64,000 nt of DNA from Octopus vulgaris (GCA_951406725.2 OX597830.1:29078001-29142000), one strand, 5' to 3'; positions 45,470 to 61,002 are shown, counted from the stretch's first letter. The notes: generated from the letters alone by a model not told the origin. Numbers and translations are program-made.

Positions 45470-45868
45470 TTTACTCTCTTTTACTTGTTTCAGTCATTTG
45501 ACTGCGGCCATGCACCGCCTTTAGTCGAGCAGATAAACCGGGACTTATTCTTCGTAAGCGTAGTACTTATTCTATCGGTCTCTTTCGCCGACCGCTAAGT
45601 TACGGGGATTTAAATACACCAACATCGTTTGTCAAGCGATGTTGGGGAGACAAACACAGAGACACAAACATATAAACACACATACACATACATACATATA
45701 TACATATACGGGCTTCTTTCAGTTTCTGTCTACCAAATCCACTCACAAGGCATTGATCGGCCCGGGGCTATAGCAGAAGACACTTGCCCAAGGTGCCACG
45801 CAGTGGGACTGAACCCGGAACCATGTGGTTGGTAAGCAAGCTACTTACCACAGAGCCACTCCTGTGCC
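45467..45868 (-). mobile_element. SINE family B, full length
   Basis: Inverted relative to 44814-45220. Confidence 0.9.
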
Positions 45869-45950
<82 letters not shown>

Positions 45951-46433
45951 CATACACACACACATACATATACACTATAATTATGTTGCATTGACTTTGC
46001 AAAGACGAGATCCCATGCTCAATTGAATGATCTGGAATCTTGTGAAAATGCGTTTAACAGCATCGCACACCGTTACATTATTATAAGCGTAAGTGTAAAC
46101 GTTTGGCACAGGAAAAGTGGTTTCACTTACACAGGAAAAGAGTACAATCCCGTTTGTCGAATGAATCCATAGTGTAAGAGTGCCTTGTCTCATTTCTCCC
46201 TCAAAGAGCTTGTCTTAGGAATACTTTAAGAATACGCAACTACTTGTGTTGTGGTTGACAGCTTCTGTCGAACAAATGCAATACCGAATGAATGTCGAAA
46301 TCAAGGGAGATCCGCTTTTACTTTGCCCACTTCATCTCCGTCCTTCACTTCATATATTAATGTAACTGCCTGTGTTTGTGTATACGACGCATATAAATGC
46401 ATGCATATATATATATACATATATATATATATG

Positions 46434-46502
<69 letters not shown>

Positions 46503-46606
46503 GTATATATATATATGTATATATATATATATACATATATGTATATATATATATACATATATACATATATATATATACTTATATATATATGTATATATGT
46601 ATATAT

Positions 46607-46663
<57 letters not shown>

Positions 46664-46737
46664 TATTTGGATGGATGGATGATGGGTGGATGCATTGATG
46701 GATGTATGCATATATGTATATATGTATGTATGTAAAC

Positions 46738-46776
<39 letters not shown>

Positions 46777-47687
46777 GAGAGTGTTAAACGTCTAAATGCA
46801 AACACGCAAATACTATCATACATATATATGCGCGCAAGCACAATATACATATAGTTACCTAATACTTGCTTATAATGCTTGTTGCCCACGTAAAATTAAT
46901 CAATGTAAAGGCAACACGTTCTAAAACATTTCTAATATATTTCTTAAATATTTGACATTTACAACTACAATGGTTTTCAATAATTTTTCAGTGTTCGCTA
47001 ATATTAGTATTAGTTTATTTTATTTTTATTTCTTTAGCTTTGAATTCCATTTTCCTTGTCATTCTAGCTATTTCTATATTTTCTTTTCTCACGTTTAGAA
47101 GTCTCACTAAAGTTTATATTCTTATTATCTATAAATATAATTTATCCTTCTTCTCCACTACTCTCTGTGCGAACACCTATTCATAAACGCAGACACCAAT
47201 GCAAATATAATGTACATATACACACAGAGACATATAAGGAGAGAGAGAGAGATAGAGAGAGAGTGAGAGAAGGAGAGAGAGAGAGAGAGAGTGAGAGAAA
47301 GAGAGAGAAAGTTTGAGAGAGAGAGAGTGTGTGTTTATGAGTGTGCTTACAATGTTTGTGACGACAAGGAACCAATGATATATGCGATATAATTGAACAT
47401 ACGTACTTATTACGCAAACAGTAAGGAGACCACGAAATAATACATACAAAATCTATGTTCTCTGAATTTACGCTTCCTTCTATAATAATGTAGCAATTTA
47501 TAGCAACTATTACACTCTCTCTCATTCTCACACGCACACACACATAAACGCCATATATCTGTGTGTATGCGGTTTTTTTTTTTGTTTGTGTTTGTGTGTG
47601 TGTGTAAAAATTGCTCCCTGTAGAGATTTTCAGTACCGTATTCCAAATGGCCGGACATGGCTTTTCTTGAACTTTCGCTTCTTGGAC

Positions 47688-47702
47688 TATCTGTCTGTCT
47701 GT

Positions 47703-47745
<43 letters not shown>

Positions 47746-47756
47746 CCTATCTATCG

Positions 47757-47854
<98 letters not shown>

Positions 47855-47856
47855 AT
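47688..47856. repeat. (ATCT)n microsatellite
   Basis: Direct reading. Confidence 0.95.
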
Positions 47857-48722
47857 ATATATATATAAATAAATAATTTACTAATATCTACGTTTTATGT
47901 ATTTTATAGATATAACGGTATATAAATGATTAATTAATATACTATCTTCCACTATTAATTTTGTTATATATTCCCAAGACCCATGCACATCATGTATTAA
48001 AACAAAACTAATTGTGGGAAATACTTATAAATTTATTGGTCGGCCTCTGAAAGTTACTTTATATCTACCTGGACTTATCTCCTAACTTTGATAATAGTAT
48101 ATATATAATATTATATATATATATATATATTTATACATGCATACAAATTGTACATAATTTATATATTCATATTATGCAATATAATATCTGTAATGCGAAT
48201 ATTAACGATATTAACAGTACCGTGTACTTAACTTACCTGTCTTTCTTAAACGCCAGAAGCTTCCGTTTTACATACGCAGGTGAGTAACTTCATTTGTTTA
48301 TGTATACATGAAACACTCTTTGTCTCTTCTTATACACAAATACAGGCCTTTTATGGCTTTTAAATGTGCCTCTGTCAATGTAGTCTGAAGAAGCTGGCAT
48401 CAATTTAAATAACTAATCTAATTTGTATTTATTAAAATTTCTTCCAATCGTTTCATTTAATGTTACTGATAATCATGTTACACATCAGCTGAAAAGTATG
48501 CTTTCTAAGTATGTGGCTACCAATTCATCATAGTGTTTGGGTTATCAGATTTTATATAACCCGGCGAAACAGAAGTTTTGAAAAATTAATCAATTGGAAT
48601 CAGAGCTTAAAAAATTCTCCTCTAGTAATAAAGTTTAATGACTCACATTTTAAAATGATGTTTTTTCTTAAAGACTTGTCTCTTAATATACAATGTACTT
48701 TATAATTCGTATATTATTCTGT

Positions 48723-48958
48723 GTGGAGGTGCGTGGCTTAGTGGTTAGGTTGTCAGCATCATTATCGTAAGATTGTGGTTTCGATTCCTGGACCGGGCGA
48801 CGAGTTGTGTTCTTGAGCAAAACACTTCATTTCACGTTGCTCCATTAAAAATGAGTAACGCTGCGATGGACTGGCGTCCCGTCCAGCTGGGAAACACATA
48901 GGCTATTGAAACCGGGAAACCGGAGCCATGGGCCTGGCTAGGCTTTAAAAAGGCGCAT
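48723..48958 (+). mobile_element. tRNA-derived SINE family C
   Basis: tggcttagtggtt A box, gtttcgattcc B box, CORE-like gttgtgttcttgagcaaaacactt, then ctgcgatggactggcgtcccgtccag. Confidence 0.85.
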
Positions 48959-48959
48959 T

Positions 48960-49262
48960 TGTGGAGGCACATGGCCTAGTGGTTAGAGCAGCGGACTCAC
49001 GGTCGAGGGATCGCGAGTTCGAATCTCAGACCGGGCGAGGTGTTTGTTTATGAGCGAAACACCTAAGCTCCACGCAGCTCGGGCAGAAGGTAATGGCGAA
49101 ATTTCTGCTGATTCCTTCGCCACAACTTTCTCTCACTCTTTCCTGCTGCATCTTGTAGCTCACCTGCGAGAGGCCGGCGTCCCGTCCTGGTGGGGAACCT
49201 ATACGCCAAGAAACCGGGAAATCGGCCCTTATGAGCCAGGCATGGCTCGAGAAGGAACAAAC
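48960..49262 (+). mobile_element. tRNA-derived SINE, family C relative with a different middle
   Basis: tggcctagtggtt and gagttcgaatctc boxes; shares ggcgtcccgtcc...gaaaccgggaaa 3' block with 48723-48958. Confidence 0.85.
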
Positions 49263-49300
49263 AATATTATTCTGTATTTCGTTACAGATATATTCTGTTT

Positions 49301-49707
49301 CTCTTTCTCTTTTACTTGTTTCAGTCATTTGACTGCGGCCATGCTGGAGCACCGCCTTTAATCGAGCAATTCGACCCCGGGACTTATTCTTTGTAAGCCC
49401 AGTACTTATTCTATCGGTCTCTTTTTTGCCGAACCGCAAAGTGACGGGGACGTAAACACACCAGCATCGGTTGTCAAGCAATGCTAGGGGGACAAACACA
49501 GACACACAAACATACACACACATATACATATATATACATATATACGACAGGCTTCTTTCAGTTTCTGTCTACCAAATCCACTCACAAGGCATTGGTCGGC
49601 CCGGGGCTGTAGCAGAAGATACTTGCCCAAGATGCCACGCAGTGGGACTGAAGCCGGAACCATGTGGTTGGTAAGCAAGCTACTTACCACACAGCCACTC
49701 CTGCGCC
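49301..49707 (-). mobile_element. SINE family B, full length
   Basis: Complete colinear copy. Confidence 0.92.
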
Positions 49708-50184
49708 TATATGTTTGTCATAAAATATTTATTTCCAATGTTTTCGTCATCTACTTTCGAGTTACCGGTATTGAGCAGATCTAACATCCAATGTGCCCTA
49801 CTCACTGCGATGCAGCTTTTCCTGTATATTTATACGATACAATCGGATAATACTTTTCTTTCATTTCAAGGATAATTAGATTTAATGCTGTTTCAAACAA
49901 TTTCACAGTAGGTGGGTTTTCAATGCGCAAGTTAATGTTAGGCTAAATGAGTGAATCACTTTTTCATATTTGATAATTTCAGTGTTTCTAAATTGAAAAC
50001 AACGTTGGATATTTAAGTGCTTTCTCTTCTGTAGTGAAGAAACTCATTTTTAATAATTTTTTAATCAGAAAAGAATGTGAAAGCCATAAGCATTACAGAT
50101 TTTAAATAATAGTTGGCTTTACGCGGTCAGATACAATACTAAAATCAATATTTGAAAGATCATGCTAGTTAAGATATCAATTCG

Positions 50185-50272
<88 letters not shown>

Positions 50273-50409
50273 AATAAGTAACAAGGATGTCAATGTAGTA
50301 TTGTAATACGACCGTTTCAACCGGCTCCATTTAATCGACAATGCAAGTATTACATCAATTTGAAATACAGAGCCATCTTCAGTGACAAAACTACACTTAA
50401 CTCGATGGT

Positions 50410-50459
<50 letters not shown>

Positions 50460-52964
50460 AGAAAGTGAGAGAAGGACATATATACACCGTCTTGGAATCT
50501 GGAAATAAGAATCTTCTTTTCAAAGCTTTGGTAACGTAAATCACAAATAGGAAATATCTTCGTAGCAGAGAAAGTAAATAGCAGAAACATGCAAAGCAGA
50601 CTGAACATAAATACAAATATGTATATAAATCTAATAAATAAAATATACTACCTAGAAATATATCTACATGTGAATAAACGAGTGGAGTCTATGATTTCAT
50701 TTTTCATCGACTAATGCATATGTCTGCGAAGACCCATCTACCGCAAATATTTAGAGGTCGTACTTTGGGCACTTCCGGTGAAAAGAAGTTAACGGTAACG
50801 TAAATATTTTTTTCCCATTTCCATTTCTAGTTCTTTCAACTGTTTGCTAATTAACCTCGTTCTTTCAAAGCAAAGTTAATGCCGATGATGAAACGAACTA
50901 AAACTGCCGAAGCTAAGATTACAAGATGTTTTAAGTAAAGAAGGAAAATAAATAAAGTTCTCCTCTCTTTAGTGCTTGGTCAACTAAACACCACAGGAAT
51001 GCTTATTTAGAAGCAGAGTGAAATGTAATATCGCCGTTAAAAATGTTGTGTTCTTTACATACAGTCGTCAAAAATATGTTTCGGTAGACGTGATATTAAA
51101 TGCATTCCCTGCGAAGATTATTGACATAACCGAAGCTTTCCAAACTGGGAATCGAAACTGATTTATTCATTTATTTACTTATTCATTTTATATCGGAATC
51201 ACTAGAAAACGAAAAAAAAAAAAAGACAAAAACAAAAATGTTCGTGGTTACAGGATTCCAACCGACCAATGAAGCATTTACTCAAATTTCTGAAAGGAGA
51301 CACAAAAATGTGAAAGTATGAAACTGAGGTTCTGAAGCATCGAATGCATATATTTGTTGTCTGTTCGCCGACATTCATATATATTCATCTATATACTGCA
51401 TTTATGATCTATATACAAACATCCATTATACAGGCTGCAAATCACTTGCACAAGTATAATGATATATGTATGAAAACTAACATAGATATATATAACATAA
51501 CTATATATACATATATATGACCTAGTGGTGAGGGTGTTGCACTAATGATCTAGCGATTGTGATATCAATTTCTATACTGGGTAGTGTGTTCTGTTCTTGA
51601 GCAAAATTGCTCTGGAAGCACTCCGACCACCTGACGCGTGGTACGATATTCAACTGTTCATACAACCTCGATTTCATGGAGAGAGAGAGCGTGAGAGATG
51701 GATAGAGATATAGCTAATGTGCTGCACAAATATTTCATCACTATATATATAACCATTTGTGCAGGTCGCCCGACAAAAGACGGTCTCTGGTATGTCGTCT
51801 CGACGGGACAGTCCATCGTCTATATATATATATATATTTATATATATATTTATACATACAAAAATATATACATACATATATACAGGCATACAATGCATGC
51901 ATACATGCATACATATATATACATATATATTTACAAACGTCTATATGCATATATATATATATGAGTAGTTGTTCGTATGCATGAAGATATGTGTGTGTCT
52001 GTATGTATATATATATATATATATAATTTCATATACGCATATGTGTATGTGTGTGTGTGTGTGTGAGCATTTGTGTGTATATTAGTAGATGTATATACAC
52101 AGGTAAATGTCAAAGATATAGCACTAATAATAAATGAGGAAAAACACAAATGCTGAATCAGAAAAGCAAAAGCGCATGTGTGAGAAGCCTTGAAATATAA
52201 ATCTAAGACATAGGAATTCAAGATGAGTACAATGTACTTGAATACACCAATATAACAAGCAGAAGACCATCTGACGTTTCGGGTTAATCGTTTCATCAAC
52301 GAAACGACAAAATAAATAACAAAATTTGAATGTAGGAATAAGTGCTAAAAGATACTCCAATAACTGAGTTTGCTCATATTTATTTTTCAGCAGGCCTACT
52401 AATCGTTATGTCAGTGAGATTCGACCCTTGTTATCAGTATCAGTAACCATGGATTTAGTCTTAGTATGCCGTTGCCAGCGGATATTTCCTTCTGTAGAAG
52501 TCCCAACTGACAGAAATTCGAATAGGTGTGCTGGACGATGCCCTTTTGCACAGTACGTCTCTCAGAGATTCTATCGCAGGACAAATACGGCAATTGATTA
52601 AGCAGCTCATGATGTACATCTTTCAGTAAAATATAAGGATTACTAATTTACTAATATACGGATTACTAATTTACTTCTTTCGTACATAACCGGTTTACAC
52701 ACACGCACGCGCGCGCACACACACAAACACACACACACGCACAAGAGCAGACAAAAACACACTCGCGTATTTTAATTCACAGAATTCACACAGAAAATCT
52801 CCAGAAAGTATGAAATTACAATAATTTCAATGTCATGATTAGCGAAAGCGAACCCGGTCGACGAACACAGTAAACTTTCACTTATAGATTATATTTAAAT
52901 ATATATTGAAACTATATAAACTGTATGCATTTTCCGTCTGTAATATATATATATATATATATAT

Positions 52965-53535
52965 ATGCAGGAAGTATATAAACCCCTTTAATTTTCAAAA
53001 TTTCTGATCTAAGCGTCTTAATATATTTTAAGCGGTGTAGAATTTACAATGTAATTATTCTTTTTCATTCCAGGTTACATTGTATTAAACATTTGCGAAG
53101 AGTAACCATGCCACGCACAAAAACTTAAGCGGAACTGTCAGATTTTCAAAGAGGTCGTATTGCCGGGCAATCTGAGGCTGGCTTTAGCCAGCGAAAAATT
53201 GCAGAAAATCTTCAAATTCCTCTTGCTGCGGTTAATAGAATTATAGTGTCATTCAATAAGCCAAGGAAATGAATCAACAAATTCTCGTCCCCGCCGGCCT
53301 GTGCCCTCAAAATGGAAGCTTCGTTGTTTGAAGAGAATTGTGGAAAACGAACCCTGGTCGAAGTTTCTGACATTGTAAAACAGCAAGAAGTTAGTCCACG
53401 AACGTGTGTGACATATGTGCATTAGCTTGGGTACTATGTACGAGAAACTAGAAGAAAACCAAACCTTCAACCAATTAATATCAAATAAAAGACTTTGAAA
53501 ATTAACGGTGTCTATTTACTTCCTGCATGTCTGTG
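52965..53535 (+). mobile_element. Internally deleted Tc1-like element retaining the N-terminal HTH
   Basis: TIRs gcaggaagtatataaacccctttaattttcaaa / tttgaaaattaacggtgtctatttacttcctgc; [37 protein letters not shown] from 53108. Confidence 0.88.
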
Positions 53536-53566
53536 TTTATATATAGAAAACTATGATAAAAAAAAA

Positions 53567-53935
53567 CAAACTTAGATATATTTCGACCAAAGATTGATCC
53601 AGGCCATGTCTAACGTAATAGCACCACCTGATAGGATTATCTAAATCCAAGTAGTGAGTTCTTCTTGTGGGAGTTTTATCCAGGTATGGATGGCTTATCT
53701 GGTATCTCTTGAAGAAATTTGTCCAGACACCGTTTAAATGTGATGGGATCCTTTTCCTCTTTGATCAGTTTTGGGACAATGTTAAACAGGGCAGGGCCTG
53801 TTGAGGAAAAGAAATTGTGTCGCAGTGTACCTATATGTTGTGATCCTGAATTGGGCAGGGGACGTATGGCCCGTGGTCCCAACCTTGGATGAACCTTGAA
53901 ACTAATATTCAGGTCGTTTGGGTAATGCTGGCGGT
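53567..53935 (-). mobile_element. CR1/L2-group LINE 3' fragment
   Basis: NFFSSTGPALFNIVPKLIKEEKDPITFKRCLDKFLQEIPDKP is a typical ORF2 C-terminus; 3' UTR shared with 25911-25986. Confidence 0.8.
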
Positions 53936-54011
53936 ATGTTCGTTACATCGTATATTATATTACAACACACCGCATGGGATAATCGAAATTCCCATCATCA
54001 CTTTTTGTTAC

Positions 54012-54128
<117 letters not shown>

Positions 54129-54136
54129 TGCATATA

Positions 54137-54973
54137 CGAGGTCTGATCAATAGATTCCGGACTCTCATCATAGTAGCTAAGCTGAAGTACACAGAGTAAA
54201 GCCACTTGGCACAGATTGACCTTGAACTCCGCTCTAGCACTAAGTTTTACAGTTGCAGCATAATTCCACTGTTTACAGCACCGCATGGAATTAACGTGTG
54301 CATCGCGTTATCGTTGCATTGACCATGGTAGAAAAAGCTGTCATGGTGATACCCGTTCAGAGGCCTACGGAAAATTACAGAAAGTGTAGTATCGAGAGAA
54401 GTGTATGTAGGCACACAAGTATACGAGTGTTTCAGACGTTTCCAAGATGGCGGAAAAAAGTTGATTGTGACCAGCGTCCTGGGCGACCGGCAATAAGCAA
54501 AACTGAGAAAAACATCACAGATATGCGTGCTGCTGAAAGGAAATGGTCTAATCACCGTCCGTGAGTTATCAGATGATGTGACGCGTAACTGGCAAGCTTC
54601 TGCCAACGCTGCCTTCAGCCGACCCCCAAAACACTCGAGTTTCATTTGCACAATATCACCTTGATTGTGTCGAAATCGATGAAAACTTTTTGAAGACTAT
54701 GCGTATGTCTCTGAGCAGGTATCGCCAAGCTTATGGCAAAATTCGAACCAGATTCTCTGGACAACATACTCTGTCATGTTTAATGCGACGATCACATGCT
54801 ACATTCCTTAATTTCAAGCATTGCTGTAAACAGCGGAAGTGAGCTAGTATGTTGAAGCTTAGTGCGCATGCACAGGATAGTTTAAGGTAAATCTCTGTCG
54901 AGCGGCTGCACCCTGCGTGCTTTAGCTTCGTTACTATAGAGAAACATTCCGGATACTTATTGATCAGACCACG
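54137..54973 (+). mobile_element. Non-autonomous mariner derivative with ~150-bp TIRs
   Basis: TA-CGAGGTCTGATCAATA...TATTGATCAGACCACG-TA; internal DQRPGRPAISKTEKNI mariner linker remnant. Confidence 0.88.
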
Positions 54974-55185
54974 TATGTATATATTTGTGCATGTAGATAC
55001 GTATATAATCATATGTATGTCTATATGTGTGTATTCTAAAGTCTTCGAAACATTTTAAATGCCATGTTGTAATTTGCCATTAGTTGTACCTACTGAGTGG
55101 CCTCAATTAAAGCATGTTGCATGTTGGGTGAGATTGCGAACATAGAATGTAACTAATTAAAATGATTTCACTAAATTACAGGCAT

Positions 55186-55632
55186 AAGCGTAGACCTGGC
55201 TGCCTGGTTAAGATGCTTCATTCCTACCCATGTGGTCTTAGGTTCAATCCCACTGCACGGCACCTTTGACAAGTGTCTTCTACCATAGATTCAGGTTTGT
55301 CAAATCCTTGTGAGTAAATTTGGTAGATACAAACAGCAGTATGTACACACACATGCATACATACACAGACACACGCACCCATAGGCACACACACAGACAC
55401 ACGTATAACTATTTGCATTATTAGGATCACAAATATACCTGTTTATGTCTACCATCAACTCCCTTTGACTTCTTTACGTCCCCGTAAAGTAATTGTTCAA
55501 TGAAAGTGACCTATAAAATAATTACTATGATTTACATAGTAAAAATACATACTGGTGTTAATTCTTTTCACTAAACCTTTAAAAGCTAATCTGCTCTATG
55601 GTCGAAATTTAGTGACTGAAATAAGTAAAAAA
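55186..55632 (+). mobile_element. SINE family B, diverged
   Basis: ggttcaatcccactgcacggcacctttgacaagtgtcttctac...gactgaaataagtaaaa. Confidence 0.8.
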
Positions 55633-55721
55633 TATAGTGTGAATTGCTATCAAATTTTCATCAAAACTTGAAGTTTAACTGTTCCTTTATATTCATGGAA
55701 AATTGGGAACACTTAGATCAC

Positions 55722-55798
<77 letters not shown>

Positions 55799-56904
55799 GT
55801 ATTATTCCATATGAAAACAGTCTTGTGGGGTATGTTGGTAGATATTTGATATTTCATAGGAATAACACTTTCAATTCCAAGTAAGGCAATAAATAAAACG
55901 AAAAATTTAGGTAGAGAAGAAATGAGATGTTATTATGCCATATAACATTTCAGAAAGTTTCAACACTCAAAAATTATAATTATACTACTGATGTAAAATA
56001 CATCGAATAAATAATTGAATAAAAGTCGTTACATTTGATATTATACGTTTGTCTCTATGCCAATGGAAATAAAACTCACGAAATATAAGACAAAACAAGA
56101 TTAAATTCAGGGAAGTGTGACATTATATAGACGTTAAGAAAAATGCGATATGGTGTTCAATTAGTAATCATCAGTGCACTTAATATAAAATACTGCTAAC
56201 TCCTGTTCCATGTTATAGTATGATTTCATGCATGGAAATTTGATATAACGCATTGAAATATAATGCAATATATTATGTAACGTAGTGCATCAGCCGCTAT
56301 GCTTAAAGCTTTTATAGGGGTGTGGCAAGATATTTCATAGGGCCGCCGTACAAGACAAATAAAGTAATGCTGAGATCTGAAGCCAAATTTGTCATATATA
56401 TTTCTCTTATTATCCAGGCAAGCGAGCAAGACAATATGGTGACTTTTATTTTTTCAACTCCGAAAGAATGAACAAAAATTAAGATCGGCATCGACTCAGT
56501 GGAGATCGGGATTAAGCACACACACACACATATATATGTACACATGTGTATGTGTGTGTGAGTGAGTAGCCTTGATTTTTTATGTCATTACGAAAAAAAC
56601 GTTTTATATACACACGCTGACATATGACCAATGTTGAACCCCTTATTCGCATAATCAACGAAAGGGGAACTTAACTACGGTCTATTTATGGAACTTATGC
56701 CGCATTACTTAACACGTTTGTGTCTCAATGACACCATTACCTCTCATAACCACCATATATATGTATATGTACATATATATATACCATATATATATATATG
56801 TGTATATATACATATATATACATATATATATATATATTTTGATTTTTGATTTTGATTTTCCAGTTTCAGCTAATGAGCTGTGGCCATGCTGGGGCACCGC
56901 CATT

Positions 56905-56982
<78 letters not shown>

Positions 56983-57514
56983 ATTATATATATGTATACA
57001 CACGCATATATCTCACACAAAGATTTCTGGCTTAGACAGAAGCAAAGATCCCCATATTTGGGAGAATGACTACGTCAAGCATGCCGACAACACATAATAA
57101 AAGTTTTAGAATTTCTTACCCGAATCATCACAAAAGACAGAGACATAGTCACAAGGTTACTTGTGACTAAAGGCTATGCTTACGGTGGTATTCAATGTAC
57201 CGAGAGAGAGGTGGGGAGACAGAGAAACATTGAAATCAAGTGAAGAGGAGTGCAATTGAACGCAGAACTTGACCAGCGTTTTTTTCAGGGCCGAAGAAAT
57301 GAAAGTAGTGCCGTTCGCTTGACTTGAAACCGGAACGAACAGGAGCGTAAAGAACAACGAAAATATATTATCTATAGTTCCAACGAATTTAACAATCCTC
57401 CACTTTATCAGTCACATTAGAGAAGGACATTTCAATTGGATATAGCATATCCTTACAAAATTAGCCTTGCATCTAATTAAGAAACAGATAGTGCATGGAA
57501 ACCAGCACTGCATA

Positions 57515-57526
57515 ATAACAATGATA

Positions 57527-57602
<76 letters not shown>

Positions 57603-57610
57603 TGATGATG

Positions 57611-57642
<32 letters not shown>

Positions 57643-57652
57643 GATGATGATG

Positions 57653-57687
<35 letters not shown>

Positions 57688-57780
57688 GATGATGATGATG
57701 ATGATGATGATGATTATGATGATGATGATGATTATGATGATGATAATAATAATAATGATAATGATGATGATGATGGTGAG
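57515..57780. repeat. Compound (AAT)n/(GAT)n microsatellite
   Basis: Direct reading. Confidence 0.95.
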
Positions 57781-57989
57781 AAAAGGGACAGAAAGATAGT
57801 CAGATACATACGTTGACAGATAGATTCAGGGATAAACAAATAGAGAGAAATTATCAGATGTAAATTATTCCGAATTTTAATTTCCCTACTTTAGCTTCAA
57901 ACAGGAACCCAAGTTAAAACACAACTTATCGCTGGATCCATCACTTGAAATTTTCCCCCACCGAACGTATGAATTAATGATCATTTTTA

Positions 57990-58029
<40 letters not shown>

Positions 58030-58302
58030 GTGCATTTGGGAACAATGGATAGCACAGACATTCGGTTCTCGAAGAAATCAGAAATAATATAATATCTAAT
58101 TTATAGATAACTCTCTATCTGCCAGTATTATTTTACGTAACATTTTCTAATCCCTTTTCTTTCATTCCCAACAGATCTGAGTATCTATCTATCTAATCTA
58201 TAACTCAATCTAACTAGGTATCAATTTCATTCAATGATTCTATTTGTCTTTTATCAGTGATTCCCACTCCTATCGTTTTAGCCTACTGTTTCACTTTGTA
58301 TT

Positions 58303-58347
<45 letters not shown>

Positions 58348-58496
58348 ATATGTATGTGTATACACAACTACATATATACTATATATATTTACATATTTAT
58401 ACGCAATACGCATCTGTAACTACAGATGTATAACATAGTTATACACACACATTTATATATGTACATATATAGATACATACAAATATATACATATAT

Positions 58497-58532
<36 letters not shown>

Positions 58533-58796
58533 GTATATTTATGCACGCTCACACATATATGCATGTATAGATATACAGGCACATCTATTGATCATGCAAT
58601 CCACCCGGATTTGGTGATTTATCTCTCTATTTTCACTAAATATATGCGTATATTTGTGTTTGTAGATATACATAGGTATAGATGCATACATGAATGTGTG
58701 TATATTTGTGTCTCAATACATATTTGCATATATCTTTGTATACGAATTTTGTATTATGTAATATATCATATATATACAAGCATATATCTATCTACA

Positions 58797-58862
<66 letters not shown>

Positions 58863-58877
58863 CATGCATATACATAC

Positions 58878-58939
<62 letters not shown>

Positions 58940-59385
58940 CATTTGGCCAAGATATATATTCAAATATATCTATCTATATATGTATGCGTGTACGTGGGTG
59001 CCATATACATACAAACATAGACATACAACATACACACACACGCAAACACATACACTCAGACACACACATACACATATATATGTATATATATATACCAAAT
59101 AACTCTCATTTCTGATCACTTATGTCTATAATATTTCTTTAATTTTTTTATTGTGTATTTTACCATCTTTTTTTCTTCCTTACACTCATTCGTTCTTTCT
59201 GATATCACCCCTTTACGCCCGAGGTTTATGATCTGCCATATATGGACATCGCAATTATGAGAAATCAGCGAAGCATCAAATCAGTTTCCGCTATATTTTA
59301 AGAATGATCTGATCGTGTGATGCCCCTTACATATATTTATATTTATATGCAGCCGCATTCACTCGCAAACATGCGCGCGTTTACA

Positions 59386-59451
<66 letters not shown>

Positions 59452-59754
59452 TGCAAGAATACGTATACATGCGTACACTTTAATACACATATCCATGGAT
59501 ATGGATACGTATACAATATATCAACATATATGCGTAATATCGATAAATATATAAACGTATCTGCATATAGGTATATGAATATACTGCAAGGTATATATAT
59601 ATATATATATATATATAGACAAACATATATAAATATATATATATATGTATATAAGCAGTAACTATATATATGTTTGTGTGTGTGTGTGTGTATACATATA
59701 TATATACATATATAGATATACAGGCATATCGATATACATATATACTTATATACA

Positions 59755-59822
<68 letters not shown>

Positions 59823-60848
59823 CGTGTATGTAAGTATATACATATATGTATACGTATCTATATACCGGGGAAAATATGCGTGTGTTCGTGTGTGTGTGTC
59901 TGTTTGAAGGTGTGTATATGTGTATCTCTGTGCTTGTGTGAGCAATTTTGATGTCTTTATTGCTTCTTACTGTTTGTATTTCACCACCACTTTCTCGGCA
60001 TTCCAATAATTTCTGCCTGTTCCACTCTCTCTACTCCAACTTTTCATTCTTCCCTATAAACTCTCAGTGCCACTATGTCCAGTCTGTTTTGCTGTTATTT
60101 GTCTCGTTTATGCATTATATATTTTGTTGTAAGTGTTTTTTTACTTATCTTTTTGTTTTCAATTTCATTTTGTTTTCATATTTTTCTCCATTTTTTTTTT
60201 TTATTTTTCATTATATATATATGTATATATATATTATGTTTTGTTATCTTTTATTGTGTGTGTTTCCAGATTATATATGGTCGAAGAGAGCCTACAGATA
60301 AGACACGGAGATGGTTCTCTGATATACATATGTGTCAGAATCGCTGTATGACATATGACTCCGTTCTGAATGATGAACTTACAAAGAAATTAGAGGGAAA
60401 ATGTTGGGCGGAGGTAGTCAAGAATAGAAAGAGAACGAAGAAGAACAAAAAATTAAGGAAGTAAGACTGCAAGATGAAATGTGAGGGTTTGGCTGAAAGT
60501 GAGGCTGGATGTTGCAAGAAAATAACAGCAAAGACTGACGAAAAGAATTCTATGGTACAGTATTGACGTATATTGCTGTTTTATGTTATAATATATAGCT
60601 TTTAAGTAGAAATTAGTATTGGAAGATGGAATGACGTAGGGGGGGAGGGGCTGATGGAGCATGAAGGTCGAAAAGGTTTACATCAATACACACGCAATCG
60701 CTCGCACACTCATAAAAAAGGCCTTCTCAGGCAGAGAAACAAACCGCTGAATACATATATATTTTATAGACAGGGAAAGAATGTGGATTAGAGAGAAATA
60801 CTTATAAGAGCGTGTATGTACTTCTCCTTAGATATATGAAATAAGGTA

Positions 60849-60882
<34 letters not shown>

Positions 60883-60940
60883 GTCCCCACTCTCTCTCTA
60901 CATATATATATGTATGCCTACATACATATATATATGTATG

Positions 60941-60994
<54 letters not shown>

Positions 60995-61002
<8 letters not shown>

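Noticed and set aside
48723-49030. tRNA-like A/B boxes
   Set aside because: SINE heads; no complete cloverleaf.
51785-51822. gacgatggac...gtcgagacgac hairpin on the minus strand
   Set aside because: Both hammerhead core boxes are non-canonical.
57183-57372. Signal-peptide-like segment (IFSLFFTLLFVPVSSQA) with a gtaagc donor, minus strand
   Set aside because: No in-frame ATG, weak acceptor, no partner exon.
60270-60464. Plus-strand open frame after ttccag acceptor (IIYGRREPTDK...)
   Set aside because: No recognisable homology and no convincing donor.
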